A DNA stretch of 64,000 bases, taken from the NCBI RefSeq assembly GCF_009914755.1, contig NC_060929.1; one strand, given 5' to 3'. The notes beneath the pieces were generated by a model. That model saw only the letters and a program-made list of their open reading frames with translations, made no database searches and had not been told where the DNA came from. Position numbers and translations under genes: made by a program. Each line of letters opens with the position of its first letter. Position 1 is the stretch's first letter. Of this stretch, positions 15,934-30,417 are shown piece by piece. Origin of the DNA: the human T2T-CHM13v2.0 reference genome, Homo sapiens.

Positions 15934-16354
15934 CTATCTGTCAAAGCAGCCGGTGGGGAACATGTGGCTCCCACTGAAGTAGCTGCTTCCATAGGTGGTG
16001 GCGAGGCAGTGCCTGGGCTCAGCTGCAATGGCCATATGCATGCTAAGGGATGCAGGGACGGGCACGGGACACATATCCAAGGGCTGCAGCGGTTGGTACG
16101 GGGTGTGGAGGGATGAGCCTGTACTCCCCGAGAGCAGGCTCCCTGAACGGTGGGCCTGCAAGGAGTCCCGATAGGCCAAGCATAGGTCCTGCACGGGGGT
16201 CTGGAACTGTGCCAGGGTGGTCGCTGGCTGGCCGAGGGCCGGGTAGGCTGGTGGCTGGAACAGCACTTGAGTGGGGGTGGGGGGTGTGCCGGGCACCATT
16301 GCCAAGGCCTGGCTCTTGACGGCTACGGCATCCTTGAGGACGTTGTCATACACT
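15934..16354 (-). CDS. CCNJL: Cyclin J-like last coding exon (coding part)
   Basis: tttcag|AGTGTATGAC. Encodes VYDNVLKDAVAV...HMFPTGCFDR then TAG; phases are compatible with the upstream exons. Confidence 0.96.
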
Positions 16355-17588
16355 CTGAAACGAGAAGACCTGGGTGAGAACTGGAGGCCAAAAGCCACCA
16401 GATGCCTGTGTGTGTCTCTACCTGTCTTGCTAAGTGGGACTGGAAGAGATGCGTGTGTCCTGTGTCCACCAGGCCTTACCTGGCTGTGCTCACTGTGTGT
16501 GGCACCGCTCCAGCTGTTCACAAACTAGATTCAGGCCTTGGCTCTCAGCTTGGATCTGCTTCCTACAGAAAATTTCTTCTGGCCCCTCCAGACTAGGCTG
16601 GCTGTCCCCACAGCCCCATGCTGCCCTATCTCCACAGTCAATACCCCAGAGAGTAACCTGCTCCAGAGGGTAACTTCTAGTTACCTGGCTTCCAGGAGGA
16701 TGGCGCCTGCTTGTGCTCACCAATGCCTTCCCATCCCCTGGCACTGGAGTGTTCCTGGGGCCTGAATGAGCCCAATCTCTGCTTTCCAGGCAATTCTGGG
16801 CCAGCTCCATCCCCAGCGGGGTCACTCCTTAGCTAGCTGATATCAACCAAATTGACCGCTGGGGCCTAGGATTTTTCATCTGAAAAGGGGGCTGGAACAG
16901 AGATTTTTGCCATCTCAAAAAAAGCTTCCCATATAGCTTTTTGGGAAAACAAAACAATTAGAGGCTTATGTAAGGCATGCACCGACACTCAGACCAGGCT
17001 TTGGGGACCTTCTCAAAAACACAAATTTTAAAATAAGGCCTACGGAGTAGGACTGACTTTTCAGAGGAATGAGATAAAGACAGCTGCCAGCAAAGCTTCC
17101 CACATCGGGGAGGGCTCTCTTCAGGGGTCTAAGGGCTTCCGCTTTGCCCACACAGCCCACCAGTCAGTCAGGCCAGCACCCAGGATACGCAGTGCCTGGC
17201 AGGTGGAAGGGGAACTGGACAGTGTGTGCCTACTGGGAATGGCTCTGTCCTGTTTGCCTTGCTCCCTGCAGTAACTATGGGGCACATTTACCTCCAGTGT
17301 CAGTTTCAGGGTGTTGGGCTCATGATGCCTTTAAGTATCTTCTCTGACACACTGAACATTTCCTCCCCAAGATTCCCAGGGACCCTTGCAGAGGCTGTGG
17401 CGCTTAGGGGAGCTTACTGGCTAAGAGGTCAGCTTTGTGACCATGTCTGAGAAAAGTAGCTTATAATGGAAGTCCTTCAATGCGATTATCTATAAGATTA
17501 CACTGGGACTTAGATCAAATAGCCTAGACATTTAAAGGTGCAAACAGCCCGCTTCTCCCTTGCTGCCTGACTTTAAAGATGTAAACCC

Positions 17589-17910
<322 letters not shown>

Positions 17911-18104
17911 TCAAAATAGGAAGAACTGGTTCTCGAAACCCCACTTCTACCAGGAGTCACCATGGCCCACTTTCCCTGAGACCCTGTAGCTGGAAGAACC
18001 ACCACAAGTTCCAGACTCTGGAAACTGCCCGTGGCCTGAGGCAGGCCTCAAGGCAAGAGGAACCTCACTATTTCAGAAACACAGGATTCAGGGGAGAAAC
18101 TTAC

Positions 18105-18264
18105 ACCAGCAGGATTTCAATACACGTGCTGAGGTGCTCCAGGGAATAGCTTGAGATCCTCTGCAGGTCTCTGGTCCAGTAGGGAGAAAGCTGCAGGCAA
18201 ATCCTGGAGGCCCCAACACAGGCCGCAGCGACCACAGAAGGCTGGAATTTGTAGAATATGTGAT
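18105..18264 (-). CDS. CCNJL: Cyclin J-like coding exon (160 nt)
   Basis: tttctttcag|ATCAC ... CTGGT|gtaagt. Encodes (D)HIFYKFQPSVVAAACVGASRICLQLSPYW...CIEILL(V), the cyclin C-terminal fold; phase 1/2. Confidence 0.96.
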
Positions 18265-18450
18265 CTGAAAGAAAGCCACGGAGGGAGTCAGCATCCAAAT
18301 CCTCCCCTTGGAATCCCAGGCCCACCCTGAGAATGGATGGACAAATGAATCGCTTTCAAGGCTTTTCATCGCTGCCCTACAAATAGGATGGAAAATTAGA
18401 AACTGTGAAGTTCCATTTTTGAATCTTAACCTTGGCTCTTGGTCTGGGAT

Positions 18451-18745
18451 TTATTTTTTGTTGAGACAGGGTCTCGCTCTGTTGCCCAGGCTGGAGTGCA
18501 GTGGTGAGATCACAGCTCACTGCAGCCTCAACTTCCCAGGCCCAAGAGATCCTACTACCTCAGCCTTTTGAGTAGCTGGGACTACAGGCATGTACAAACA
18601 CATCTGGCTAATTTTCGTATTTTTTTGAGAGATAGGGTTTCAGCATGTAATTCAGGCTGGTATCGAACTCCTGAGCTCAAGCAATCCTCCTGCCTCAGCC
18701 TCCCAAAGTGCTGGGATTACAGGTGTGAGCCACCACGCTCAGACC
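18451..18745 (-). mobile_element. AluJ
   Basis: Antisense Alu with J diagnostics (cactgcagcctc, ctcaagcaatcctcc). Confidence 0.9.
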
Positions 18746-19191
18746 AGTCTGAGATTTCTGATAGCAGCCTAGAACAGTGTTTTCAAAATACTGTCCACGG
18801 CTCCCAGGGAGCAGCAAGGAGCTTGCTGATGTTCTACAAATAGAACTGCAAAACATTTGTCCTTTCTTTGGTTATTATAAGAGAATGACACACTATTTCA
18901 AAGGCTTCCGTTTTGGGGTATGACTTAAAGCTACTTATTAATTGTAACAATGCCTGGCCCATAGTAGGCACTCAGTGAAAATCTACTGAATGAGTGGTTG
19001 TAAGACTTTGATATTTATAACTAAAATTGGCACTTAGGTTGACTGAGGAATCTTAATGTCCAACTAAGATATCTGGCCACGAGGAAAAGCTGGTGCTAAA
19101 TATGTGCAAACAGTTGAAATTTCTGCAGTTTTCCTGAATGACACTGGATTTTCAGTTTATTACTCTGTTGTCTTAAATTGTTCATGATTTT

Positions 19192-19506
<315 letters not shown>

Positions 19507-19653
19507 TTACTTCCACTTTTGCCTTTTAAAGATCAGTTCATAGGGCAGCTAAACAACAACAACAAATTTAAAAAATAAAGTATCAGTCAGGGTGCTAACA
19601 GGGTGATACAAACGATCATTCAGTCAGACTCCCAAGGTTCAAATCCTAGCAAT

Positions 19654-20278
<625 letters not shown>

Positions 20279-20324
20279 TTAATGGAGGTGATTTTGGTGT
20301 GGGGTTGCTGTGAGGTTCAAATGA

Positions 20325-20708
<384 letters not shown>

Positions 20709-20771
20709 TGATCTGGATACTCATGCCCATTTTAGTTTGTGGTAGGTTATGGGATGGTTGTATCAACAGTA

Positions 20772-21555
<784 letters not shown>

Positions 21556-22024
21556 TGACCCAGTTAACATCTAGATTTTAAAACACTGGGAAGACTGAGT
21601 TTCAAGTTTCAAGTAAGTTTCAAGTAACAGGGTAACTTTTATTGCTAAAACAGATGTAAACATAATTCCCTCTCCCCATACTATCTGTATGATGGCCGCT
21701 ATTTGAGAATAACCGATCTGCAAATCTGTGCTATTTAATTCATTTGCAATGTTTCAGGTTACTGTAAGAAAAATTACCAGTTGATCTGTAAGTTTCTAGG
21801 TTTCTGGCTGCCTGCATATAAGTTGCTATTTCTCTTTTACATGTTACTGGGCGAATCCTTGCCCTTTCTTTGCTTACTGCCTGCAAAGTTAAGAGTGATC
21901 TGGGTGCACAGGCCCCAGTGAGAAGGCCTGATCTGGATGGACATGCCTTTTAGAGCCGCCTGACCCCGACCCCTGGGTGGTGGGGAAGGGGTGGGAGGTC
22001 CTGCCATCGGGTCCCAGCTGTCAC

Positions 22025-22327
22025 CTTGCAGGGTGACCTCTAGGAAGTAATGGGCATACTCCTTGAGGCACTCTTTGGTCTTGCGGGGGCAGGTGGTGGG
22101 CCAGGTGTGGCAGTGGTGGTCCTTCTGGCTGACGGAGGCCAAGAGGTAGTAGTCCAGGAAGTGGGCAGGCGTGGGCAGGCAGAGGTTCCAGCTGAAGGCC
22201 TCCAGGAGCAGCAGCTCTGTGCTCAGCAGCTCCTTCTTGGTGAGGGTGAAGTTCTGGCTGCTCAGGATCCTCGTGCTGTTTATTTGCTCCAACTTGGGGA
22301 CGTGGTCTTCCCGATCCTCGAACTTAC
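22025..22327 (-). CDS. CCNJL: Cyclin J-like coding exon (303 nt)
   Basis: ccccgacag|GTAAGTTC ... CTGCAAG|gtgaca. Encodes (S)KFEDREDHVP...ELLSTELLLLEAFSWNLCLPTPAHFLDYY...YFLEVTLQ; phase 1/1. Confidence 0.96.
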
Positions 22328-25300
22328 CTGTCGGGGAGCAGGGGAAGCAGGGGTTACTGGAAGACATTTACCTGAACCCAGGAAGCTAACGGCCCACCTT
22401 ACAGTGCCTGGACATTGCTGGCAAAGAAGACAGAAAGCAGACAGGCCAGACTGCGAAGGAATAGGAGCACACATTCCAGATCTGTCAAACCTAGGCTTGA
22501 ATCCACAAGCCATCACTTCCCACTGGGGGATCATGGCTAGGTGTCTCAACCTCTCTGTGACTCAGTTTCCTCATCTGTAAGATGGAACCTATACTTCATA
22601 AGGCTTTTGTTAGAGTCAATGGGAAAATGCAAACCAAATGCTCAGACAAGCCTCTGGAACACAAAGCAGCCGATAGCGGTCAGCAGCAGCAGCCAGGGGC
22701 TGGGGAATAAGGTGCCCTCCCTACTCTCCATCTGGCCCTAACCAATCCAACCTCCTGGCTAGAGTCAGCATGGCCACGCAAACCTGGCCCTGTCCCTCCA
22801 CGTGTAGAAAAGCTCTTCAATGGCTTCCCGCTATCCTGGCTATTGAGTTCAAACTGTGTAAACGGGGTCTTAGTGTGGGTTCCCTCTGGTTTCCAGGTCT
22901 TGGAAGGTAAGCCCAGGAAAGATCGGTAGGTGGGGGACGAGAACAGGAAAGGGAAGAAAGCCCAAAAGGACACAAGCGAGTCACCACTGTGGACAACCCG
23001 AGCTTAATCCTACTGAGGAATTCTGAGAAACAGCCTAAGACAGGCCTCAGGTTATCCTACCCACGGGTTAAAGAGCAGAGGCATTTACATAGCAACCCCG
23101 GCAGTCATCAGTTGTGGATGCTCTCAGGGAACAATGGGAGGTCCTTGTGCCCTGAGGGTCAAGACTCAGGGGCTGGTGGGGGGGCATGACAGCTTCCACT
23201 GCGTGAGGCTCTGCAGACTGTGGGCCTCTCCAGCCTCAATGTTCCTCACTCTGGGAAAACCACCCCACAGGTGGCCGTGGACCCTGTCCTTGGCAGTTCT
23301 TGCCTATAAGCCTTCATTGACACAGCCCCCTGGGCCTGGAGCACCCTTCCCCATCCCCTCCTCACTCAGCCAACCCTGACCTGTCCTTCACCTGGAGTCC
23401 CTGCCTCTCAGAAGACGCCCTCCACACCAGCCCCCTGTACTGTACGACTCCCACATCAGGTGGTGAGGCCTTCAAGGGCCTGGCCTCGGTCTGTTCACCC
23501 GTGACCCCAAGGCCAGCCTCATGGGGTGTGGAGCTGCCACTAAGTAAATGCCAAAAGAGGCATTGGGGCGGCCCAGCTGACCTCAAAGCACACATCAGTG
23601 CTCACGAAGGGAAGGGCAAACAACACATGCACGCACCTGCTCCCAGCTGCAAGTGCCTCTGACCCAGTTCCCATCTCTCATGCTGCTTAGGGGAGATAAG
23701 GAAGTAACCACCACAGGCTGCTCCACAGTAGATACAACACATTCCTGAGGACGGCTCAAAAGACGTCACTGCAGAATGAATCAACCACGTCTCAGCAAGC
23801 CAGGGTTGCTCCCTTCTCGGCAAGCCTTGCAGCAGCCCACTCGGTGGGTAACGACGACCTGACACAGAGCTCTGGTCTTTGATGCAGAGGAGTCTAGTGA
23901 TTGGAAATGTACAAGACAGTGAAGGGCAGAGGCACTACCAGCCCCGCACCATGCAGTTTACAGCAAGCACACATTCCATCCCTTTCCGGAGCCCAGTCAC
24001 TCAGCCTGCAATGGTGCTGTGTCCGAAGTACACACTTTCTTGTCTTGCACACAAGAACAACTCAGGCAGGCCAACGCGAGGTCAAAGCTGCCCAGAGAGG
24101 AAGAGCCTCCTGCATGGCTGGAAATCCCAGGGTTGAGGCTCTGGCCGACTGGCTCTATTGGCTTTGGCAGCTCCCCCCATACTCCCCCCAACACTCCCTC
24201 TTCAAGCACAGGATCCAGCCACGTGGGACTCCAACCCCTCCCCGGGCTGGGAATGCTCTTCCCCTCACCCCCCTTATCGGTGTCCTCCAGAGCTCAGTTT
24301 AGAGACCTCCAGATATTAAACGGACTTCCTACACTTAGATTACTTGCTTAACATCAAGTATTAATATGAATGGCTGGCATCTGACTCTAAGCCTTGTAAG
24401 AATAGGAACTGAGTCCAACCCATTCGCTGCTGTGCCACCAGTTCCCAGCACATGCCTGGCACATAGTAGGTACCCAATAAATATTTGTTAAATGAATGAA
24501 TAGTCCTCTCAGGAAACAGATATTTTAGGCCATTTGAATTTTTCTCTGATGATCTTGTATTCCCCAGTTTTTTCTCCAATGATCATGTATTCTTTGTGCA
24601 GTTTTTAAAAGGAAGAATTTTATTTATTTATTTTTTCCAAAGTTGCCCCGGCTCCCCTGAATCTTGTGCTGAGCCAGCCTTGGTTGCATGCACTCAGCAG
24701 AAACGAGCTCTTTCCCTCCCCAGAGCAGGAGGTGGCGAGGTGAAGGTGCACTGTACTGGGGTGGCACTAAGACCCTTGCACAGCACTGCTGGCAGCCAGC
24801 AATCTCTTAGAACTGGCAGATGTGCTCAATCAGATTAGTTTCCTCCTCCCCTCCTCGCTTTTCAAACCTTTCAGAGCTCTGCTACCAGGCCCAAGAGGAT
24901 TATCCTCCAATGGAAGGCACCAGGGATTACTGCGGAATCTGATTTCACCTGCTCCCTCTGCTTCCTGGGAACGCACACGGCAGGCCACAGCCAGGCAGTG
25001 CTGGGTCTGAATCCTCAGGAGTTTGCCCTGGACCTACGAGCACTAAACTCGACAGGCTGCTTATTTGCTTATGTTGTAGGACCTTGTCCCACATGAAGAT
25101 AAAATGGTGCTGCAGAATGGAAAGTGCTTCACAAGCCCCCGGCACACAGAATGGGCTGTGCTTCGAGCTGGTCATGCACTTGCTCGTGGCAGGAACCTTC
25201 TAGGTAGGTTCTTTACAATCCTCAGAGGCTCAGAGAAAAAGCTGATGGGAGAACTCAGCTTCTACACCCAGAAGCAGACTTCAGAGTTAACCTGGGCTTG

Positions 25301-25599
25301 GCCTGGCCAGCAGTTAAAAAGCAGCCAGAAAAGATTTTATGAGTTTCCTGATGCTGCACGTGCCTGGCAGACATTTCCTCCCTTCCTCCTGGGACTGTGA
25401 GTGGGGCTGGCCCCTTGTCCCCAGCGCTGCCACCACCAAGCACCGTTACTCAGCTGCTTCCTCCTTATCGACAAACTGCACAGGCAACAGATGCCTAGAA
25501 GACTTCAGGCGAGTCCCCTGGGAGAGGCTGGGAACAGAATTCTGAGTCCTTCCAAGCCAGACAATAGCCATGGAATCTCTGACTTCTCTGATGCACTTT

Positions 25600-26480
25600 T
25601 GATTTCGAAAATTTTCAAATCAGAGAAAAGATGAAAGACAACAATGAACACATAGGACCCTTCACCAGATTCTGCCCTTGCTGACCCTGATCCATGTGTG
25701 CTCTGTCTAGGTGTATTCTGTCTGTAAATACTGGTTTTGTTAGACCATTTCTAGTCAAGTTGCAGACGTGACATGCCACCCCGAACACTTCAGCATCCGT
25801 TCCTGAGGTCATTTTCCTACAAATTGTAATGTTATTAGCATTTCTAAGACATGAACATTAATGCAATCACATTTTCTAATATTCAGTCCACATCTGACTT
25901 TCTCCAGGGGTCCTAAAAATGCCTTTTATAACCTTTGTTTTGTGTTTTTGGATCCAGAATCCAAACTAGGTTCACACATGGAGTCTATTACCGCTGAAGT
26001 CCCCTTGTTTCGTTTGCTTTTCATGACACTGACTCTGGGAGAATCTAGGCCAGTTGTCTTGTAAAATGCTCCACATTCTGGATCTGCCTGATTGTTTCCT
26101 CACAATTAGATGCAGGTCAAACAGTACAGGCAAGCAAATGACAGAAGCTGTTCTGTCCTTCTCACCCACTGGACCATAGCAGGAGTCCTAGGAAACGTCA
26201 CTTTGTCCTGGCTTATGTTAGATCACTTGATTAAGGTGGTGACACGAGACTGCTCCAGTTCAAGGTACCAGCTTCCCTGGGAAATTAATAAATAATCTGG
26301 GAGGGCACACTTTGTGAATATCCTGTTTCTCAACAACCTTTAGCTCAATGGCTTTGCATCCATGGATGATCCTTTTCTGAATAAATTATTATACTGGGGG
26401 TTGAAAAGGAAGTTTTAAAAATCATATCATTCCATCTACATTTTTCTTTTTGATGTTCACATTGTCCTAAATTGGAACAG
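25600..26480 (-). mobile_element. Old L1 (L1ME-like) fragments
   Basis: Degenerate L1 3'-UTR-like motifs (cccacattctggat, tcacttgattaaggtggtg). Confidence 0.5.
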
Positions 26481-26498
26481 CAGGAGCCCTATCAACCT

Positions 26499-26778
26499 CT
26501 TTTTTTTTTTTTTTTTTGAGATAGGGTCTCACTCCTGTCGCACAAGCTGGAGTGCAAGTAGCTCAATCTCGGCTCACCATATCTTCAACTTCCTGGGTTC
26601 AGGTGGCCCTCCCACCTCAGCCTCCTGAGTACCTAGGTATATAGGCACACGCCACCACACCTGGCTAATTTTTGTAATTTTAGTAGAGCCCAGGCTGGTC
26701 GAAATCCTGGGCTCAAGTGATCTGCCCGCCCCGGCCTCCCCAAGTGTTGGGATTACAGGCATTAGCCACTGTGCCTAG
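26499..26778 (-). mobile_element. AluJ
   Basis: Antisense Alu with a small internal deletion. Confidence 0.88.
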
Positions 26779-27911
26779 TCACTATCAACATACTTATAAG
26801 ATTAAAAAGCATTCTAAACCTAGTGAAGCACTTCTCTGGCTCTCGGAGGCTAGGCAGACGCACGTGTACCCCCAGTGTTGGTGGTGACGGTGGTGCCTGT
26901 AAGTGATGCCTCTTATGTGCCCTCCTTTCTGCATGTGGCTGGCTGATCCCTAACACCATTTCCTGAGGCTGGCACACAGAGCTCCTGGGCAATTCGTGGC
27001 AGGTGAGGATGACCATGCATCCATCCATGTGGCCTACATGCTTAACCACAGATGAGGCCGTGGTGGCAAGATGCTGTGGATCCAGCTTACAGACTGGCTT
27101 TTTTTTTTTTAATTAGAAAAAACTTATGACAACACATAATATAAAGTTTACCATTTTTCACTGTACAGTTCAGTGACATTATATGGACACTCACAATGAC
27201 GGGCAGCCATCACCACCATCCCTCTCCAGAACTCTTTTCATCCTGCTGAAACTCTGTCCCCATTAAACAATAATTCCTAGGTCCCCCCTCTCCCGAGTCC
27301 TTGGCAAGCACATTCTACTTTCTTTCTCTATGAAGGTGAACACTCTGAAGACTGGCTTATCTTCTACCTACTGTCCTGGCAATCAAGCCTCAAGGCAGAC
27401 CAAACAGGATTCCTGACTCTTCTGAATTAGCGCCAAGAGGAGCAGTTATTTTTAATTGCTTAAAAAGCCGTTTCATTTTAGAAAATTTTAAATATACGAA
27501 AAGAGAGAGAGAAATGTTACTATAATGAACTCCCTTGAATGTTATTACCCAGTGCCAACAGTCATCAGCATTTACACTGCCTTTAAAAAAGCCCGAAAAC
27601 TTAAAACAAAAAGGTAACCAGCACAGAACAAGGTTCTGTAGAAATTCAGCATTCTCTCATTCCTGTTGCCCAGGCTTGAGCGCGGCCCACCCCCAACTAG
27701 ACAGACCGTGTTCTGCACTGTGCCCCACGAATGCCCCCAAAAGTCCTTCATGCGTGGGAAGATGCCTACTGATGGACCCATTCAGGGCTACCTGCTGCCC
27801 TTTCAGGTGCTTAACCCAGGCTCAGAGATTAGGCCAAAGTTTCCTGGCTAAAGAGAAACAGGTTTTAAAGCCACAGCTGGCTACTTTTCTTCCCTAAAGA
27901 AATGCAATGCC

Positions 27912-28439
27912 GGCCAGGTGTGGTGGCTCACGCCTGTAATCCCAGCACTTTGGGAGACCGAAGCAGGCGGATCACGAGGTCAGAAGTTCAAGACCAGCCT
28001 GTCCAATATAGTGAAACCCTGTCTCTACTAAAAAAATTTAAAAATTACCCAGGTGTGGTAGTGTGCGCCTGTAGTCCCAGCTACTCAGGAGGCTAAGGCA
28101 GAATCGCTTGAACCTGGGCAGCGAAGGTTGCAGTGAGCCAAGACCACGCCACTGCACTCCATCCTGGGCAACAGAGTGAGACTCCATCTCAAAAAAAAAA
28201 GGAAATGCAATGCCCCAGCCTGGCCAACATGGTGAAACCCTGTCTCTACTAAAATACAAAAATCAGCTGGGTGTGGTGGTGCATGCCTGAAATCCCAGCT
28301 ACTCAGGAGGCTGAGGCAGAATTGCTTGAACCCCAGAGGCAGAGGTTGCCATGAGCCAAGATCGGGGCACTGCACTCTAGCCTGGGCGACAGAGCGAGAC
28401 TCCGTCTCCAGGGGAAAAAAAAAAAAAAAAAAGAAAAAA
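27912..28439 (+). mobile_element. Full AluS (27912-28200) plus 5'-truncated AluS (28215-28439)
   Basis: The two Alus are separated and flanked by three copies of gaaatgcaatgcc. Confidence 0.9.
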
Positions 28440-29587
28440 GAAATGCAATGCCTTTAAAAACAAGCAAAGCTATTCTTCCACAAGAATGGCCGCTCTCCTA
28501 TTAAAAAATCTCTTCCTCATTTTATCTGAGAATGAGAACCAGACTTTTATCAGAAGTTGAGATCCCATAGCTATCCCCATGCCCCTCCAGCAGCCACCAG
28601 CCTACCCTGCAGGTGCTGATGATAAAGGAAAGATGGTGCTGGCGGGTCAGAGGGATCAAGGACCGCCCAGTGGTACCCAGGCCTTGCCTTTTCCCAGGTG
28701 GGGCCTGACATCTATCTTCCCAGGTGCATGTGGGCAGTGCTACGCAGTCAGGTGGCAGGGACAGAAGAGGAAAGAGAAAGCTCTGGCTGAAAGGGCTTTT
28801 TCCCAGCTTTGCAGCCTTTGCTGGCAAGGGAGGCCAGCGTCCCAGGGGTGGAAGCCCACGCAGGGCCAGGCTCAATAGAGACCTTTCTGATGCTAATGCT
28901 TTTTTCTCTCAGATTCTTCCTTCCTGGAGTGGAGAAAAGTAGCCCCAGAAAAGGCAGAACTTCTACCAGCTTTATTTATGGCCTTGGAGCCGGTGTGACC
29001 AGGGACAGCCAGGATTCTGGGGGAGGTCCCCACCAGAAACAGGCAGGAATGTCCTGGAGCAGGGGCAGGGCAGGGGCTCAAGTGCCAGTTTCCCATCCTC
29101 ACTCCTGGTATCATTTGTGTGATCTTGGGCAATCACCTGGAAACCCACACCTCATAGGGCAGTAGGGAGGGTGCAAGGAGTGTCCCAGGTAACATGACGG
29201 GCATGTGGGAGGTGCTCTATAAATGGTAGCAGCTGCTGTATTATTTATTGAACATGGTATTCTTTGCACTCCAGACCCGGGATCTTCTCAAGTCCTGTTA
29301 TCTAGAAATATTTTCTTACAGGTTCTGAAAAAGGGGCTGAAAAAGGCCCAACAAAAGGCTCCCCTACCCTTACCCGACTCCACAGTCAACGCTGTGCTGG
29401 AATGCATGGAGTGGACTGGAGTCGTTACAGCTTCCTTTCCCCAGGACTGTGACCTTGAACTCTGGCCTCCTGCTGGTGATTTCAAGGCTCACAGTCCGGG
29501 AGGAAGAAAGGGGAGTGAGTGTTGCGTCCAAGGCCTTTCCCAGATGTCCCCCTCCCCCAGGGTGAGACTTTTCCCAGGTAACCCAGT

Positions 29588-29639
29588 TGGGTTGCAAGAG
29601 GCAGAGAATCCACTGGGTAGCAAGAGGCAGAGAATCCAC
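29588..29639. repeat. 26-bp tandem duplication
   Basis: tgggt(t/a)gcaagaggcagagaatccac x2. Confidence 0.9.
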
Positions 29640-30295
29640 ACACCAGGATGTGAGCTCTGGGAGGGCGGGGAGCTTCGTTTGGCATTTGGTTCTCTGCTGC
29701 ATCCCGAGGCCCAACGCACAGCAGGCATCAAATGTGCTGGCAGACCCTGGACCACACATCTATTTACTGCAGGGTTGGGTGGGCTAGGGGGTCTGTGAAC
29801 TGTGCTTGCTGTGCCCTTAACAGATGCTCTCAGCTGATTCTGGCAACGACCCTGGGAGGTTGGGGGTGTTTCCCACATGGAAACAGAAGCTCAGAAAGGT
29901 TGAGTTACCCCGATCTCCCAGCTGATAAGGGACAAAGCAGCATTTAAAAGTCTGTCTGCTCCATGAGGGTAGGGAACAAATCTGTCTTGCAGAACACCAC
30001 AGATCCTGTTCACCTAGCACAGCCTCTAGCATAAAATTAATAATAGCTTTTGTGTATTTTAAAAAATGAATGAATAAATGATTCCAAAGTCCCGAGCTTT
30101 TTACATCATAAGCAGGAAACCTTATATACAGTCACAAGGCCCCCTGCAATCCTATAAGCTCCATAATAAGTGTATCTATCTGGGTGGAGGAACTTCCATG
30201 GATGTGTCAGGCTAGTTTCAGCTTCACCCCATCTAACCGCCCTGTTCTCCACAAATACTCTTAATTTTGAAAAAATTTTTAAAAATTGTTTACTT

Positions 30296-30417
30296 GTTGA
30301 AGAGATAGTGTCTCACTATGTTGCCCAGGCTGGTCTTGAACTCCTGGGCTCAAGTGATCTTCCTGCTTCGGCTTCCCAAAGTGCTGGGATTACAGGCATG
30401 CACCACCATGCTTGGCC
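30296..30417 (-). mobile_element. FLAM/Alu left monomer
   Basis: Single antisense monomer. Confidence 0.85.

Noticed and set aside
16270-16295. GTPPTPT as an FBXW7 phosphodegron
   Set aside because: The +4 position from the first Thr is Pro rather than Ser/Thr/Glu, so it does not fit the canonical degron.
22050-22580. 176-aa + strand ORF (also 42980-43342 and 16050-16319)
   Set aside because: These are antisense shadows of the GC-rich CCNJL exons.
29223-29798. 191-aa ORF spanning the 26-bp duplication
   Set aside because: No recognisable domain or splice/polyA context; expected by chance in GC-rich sequence.
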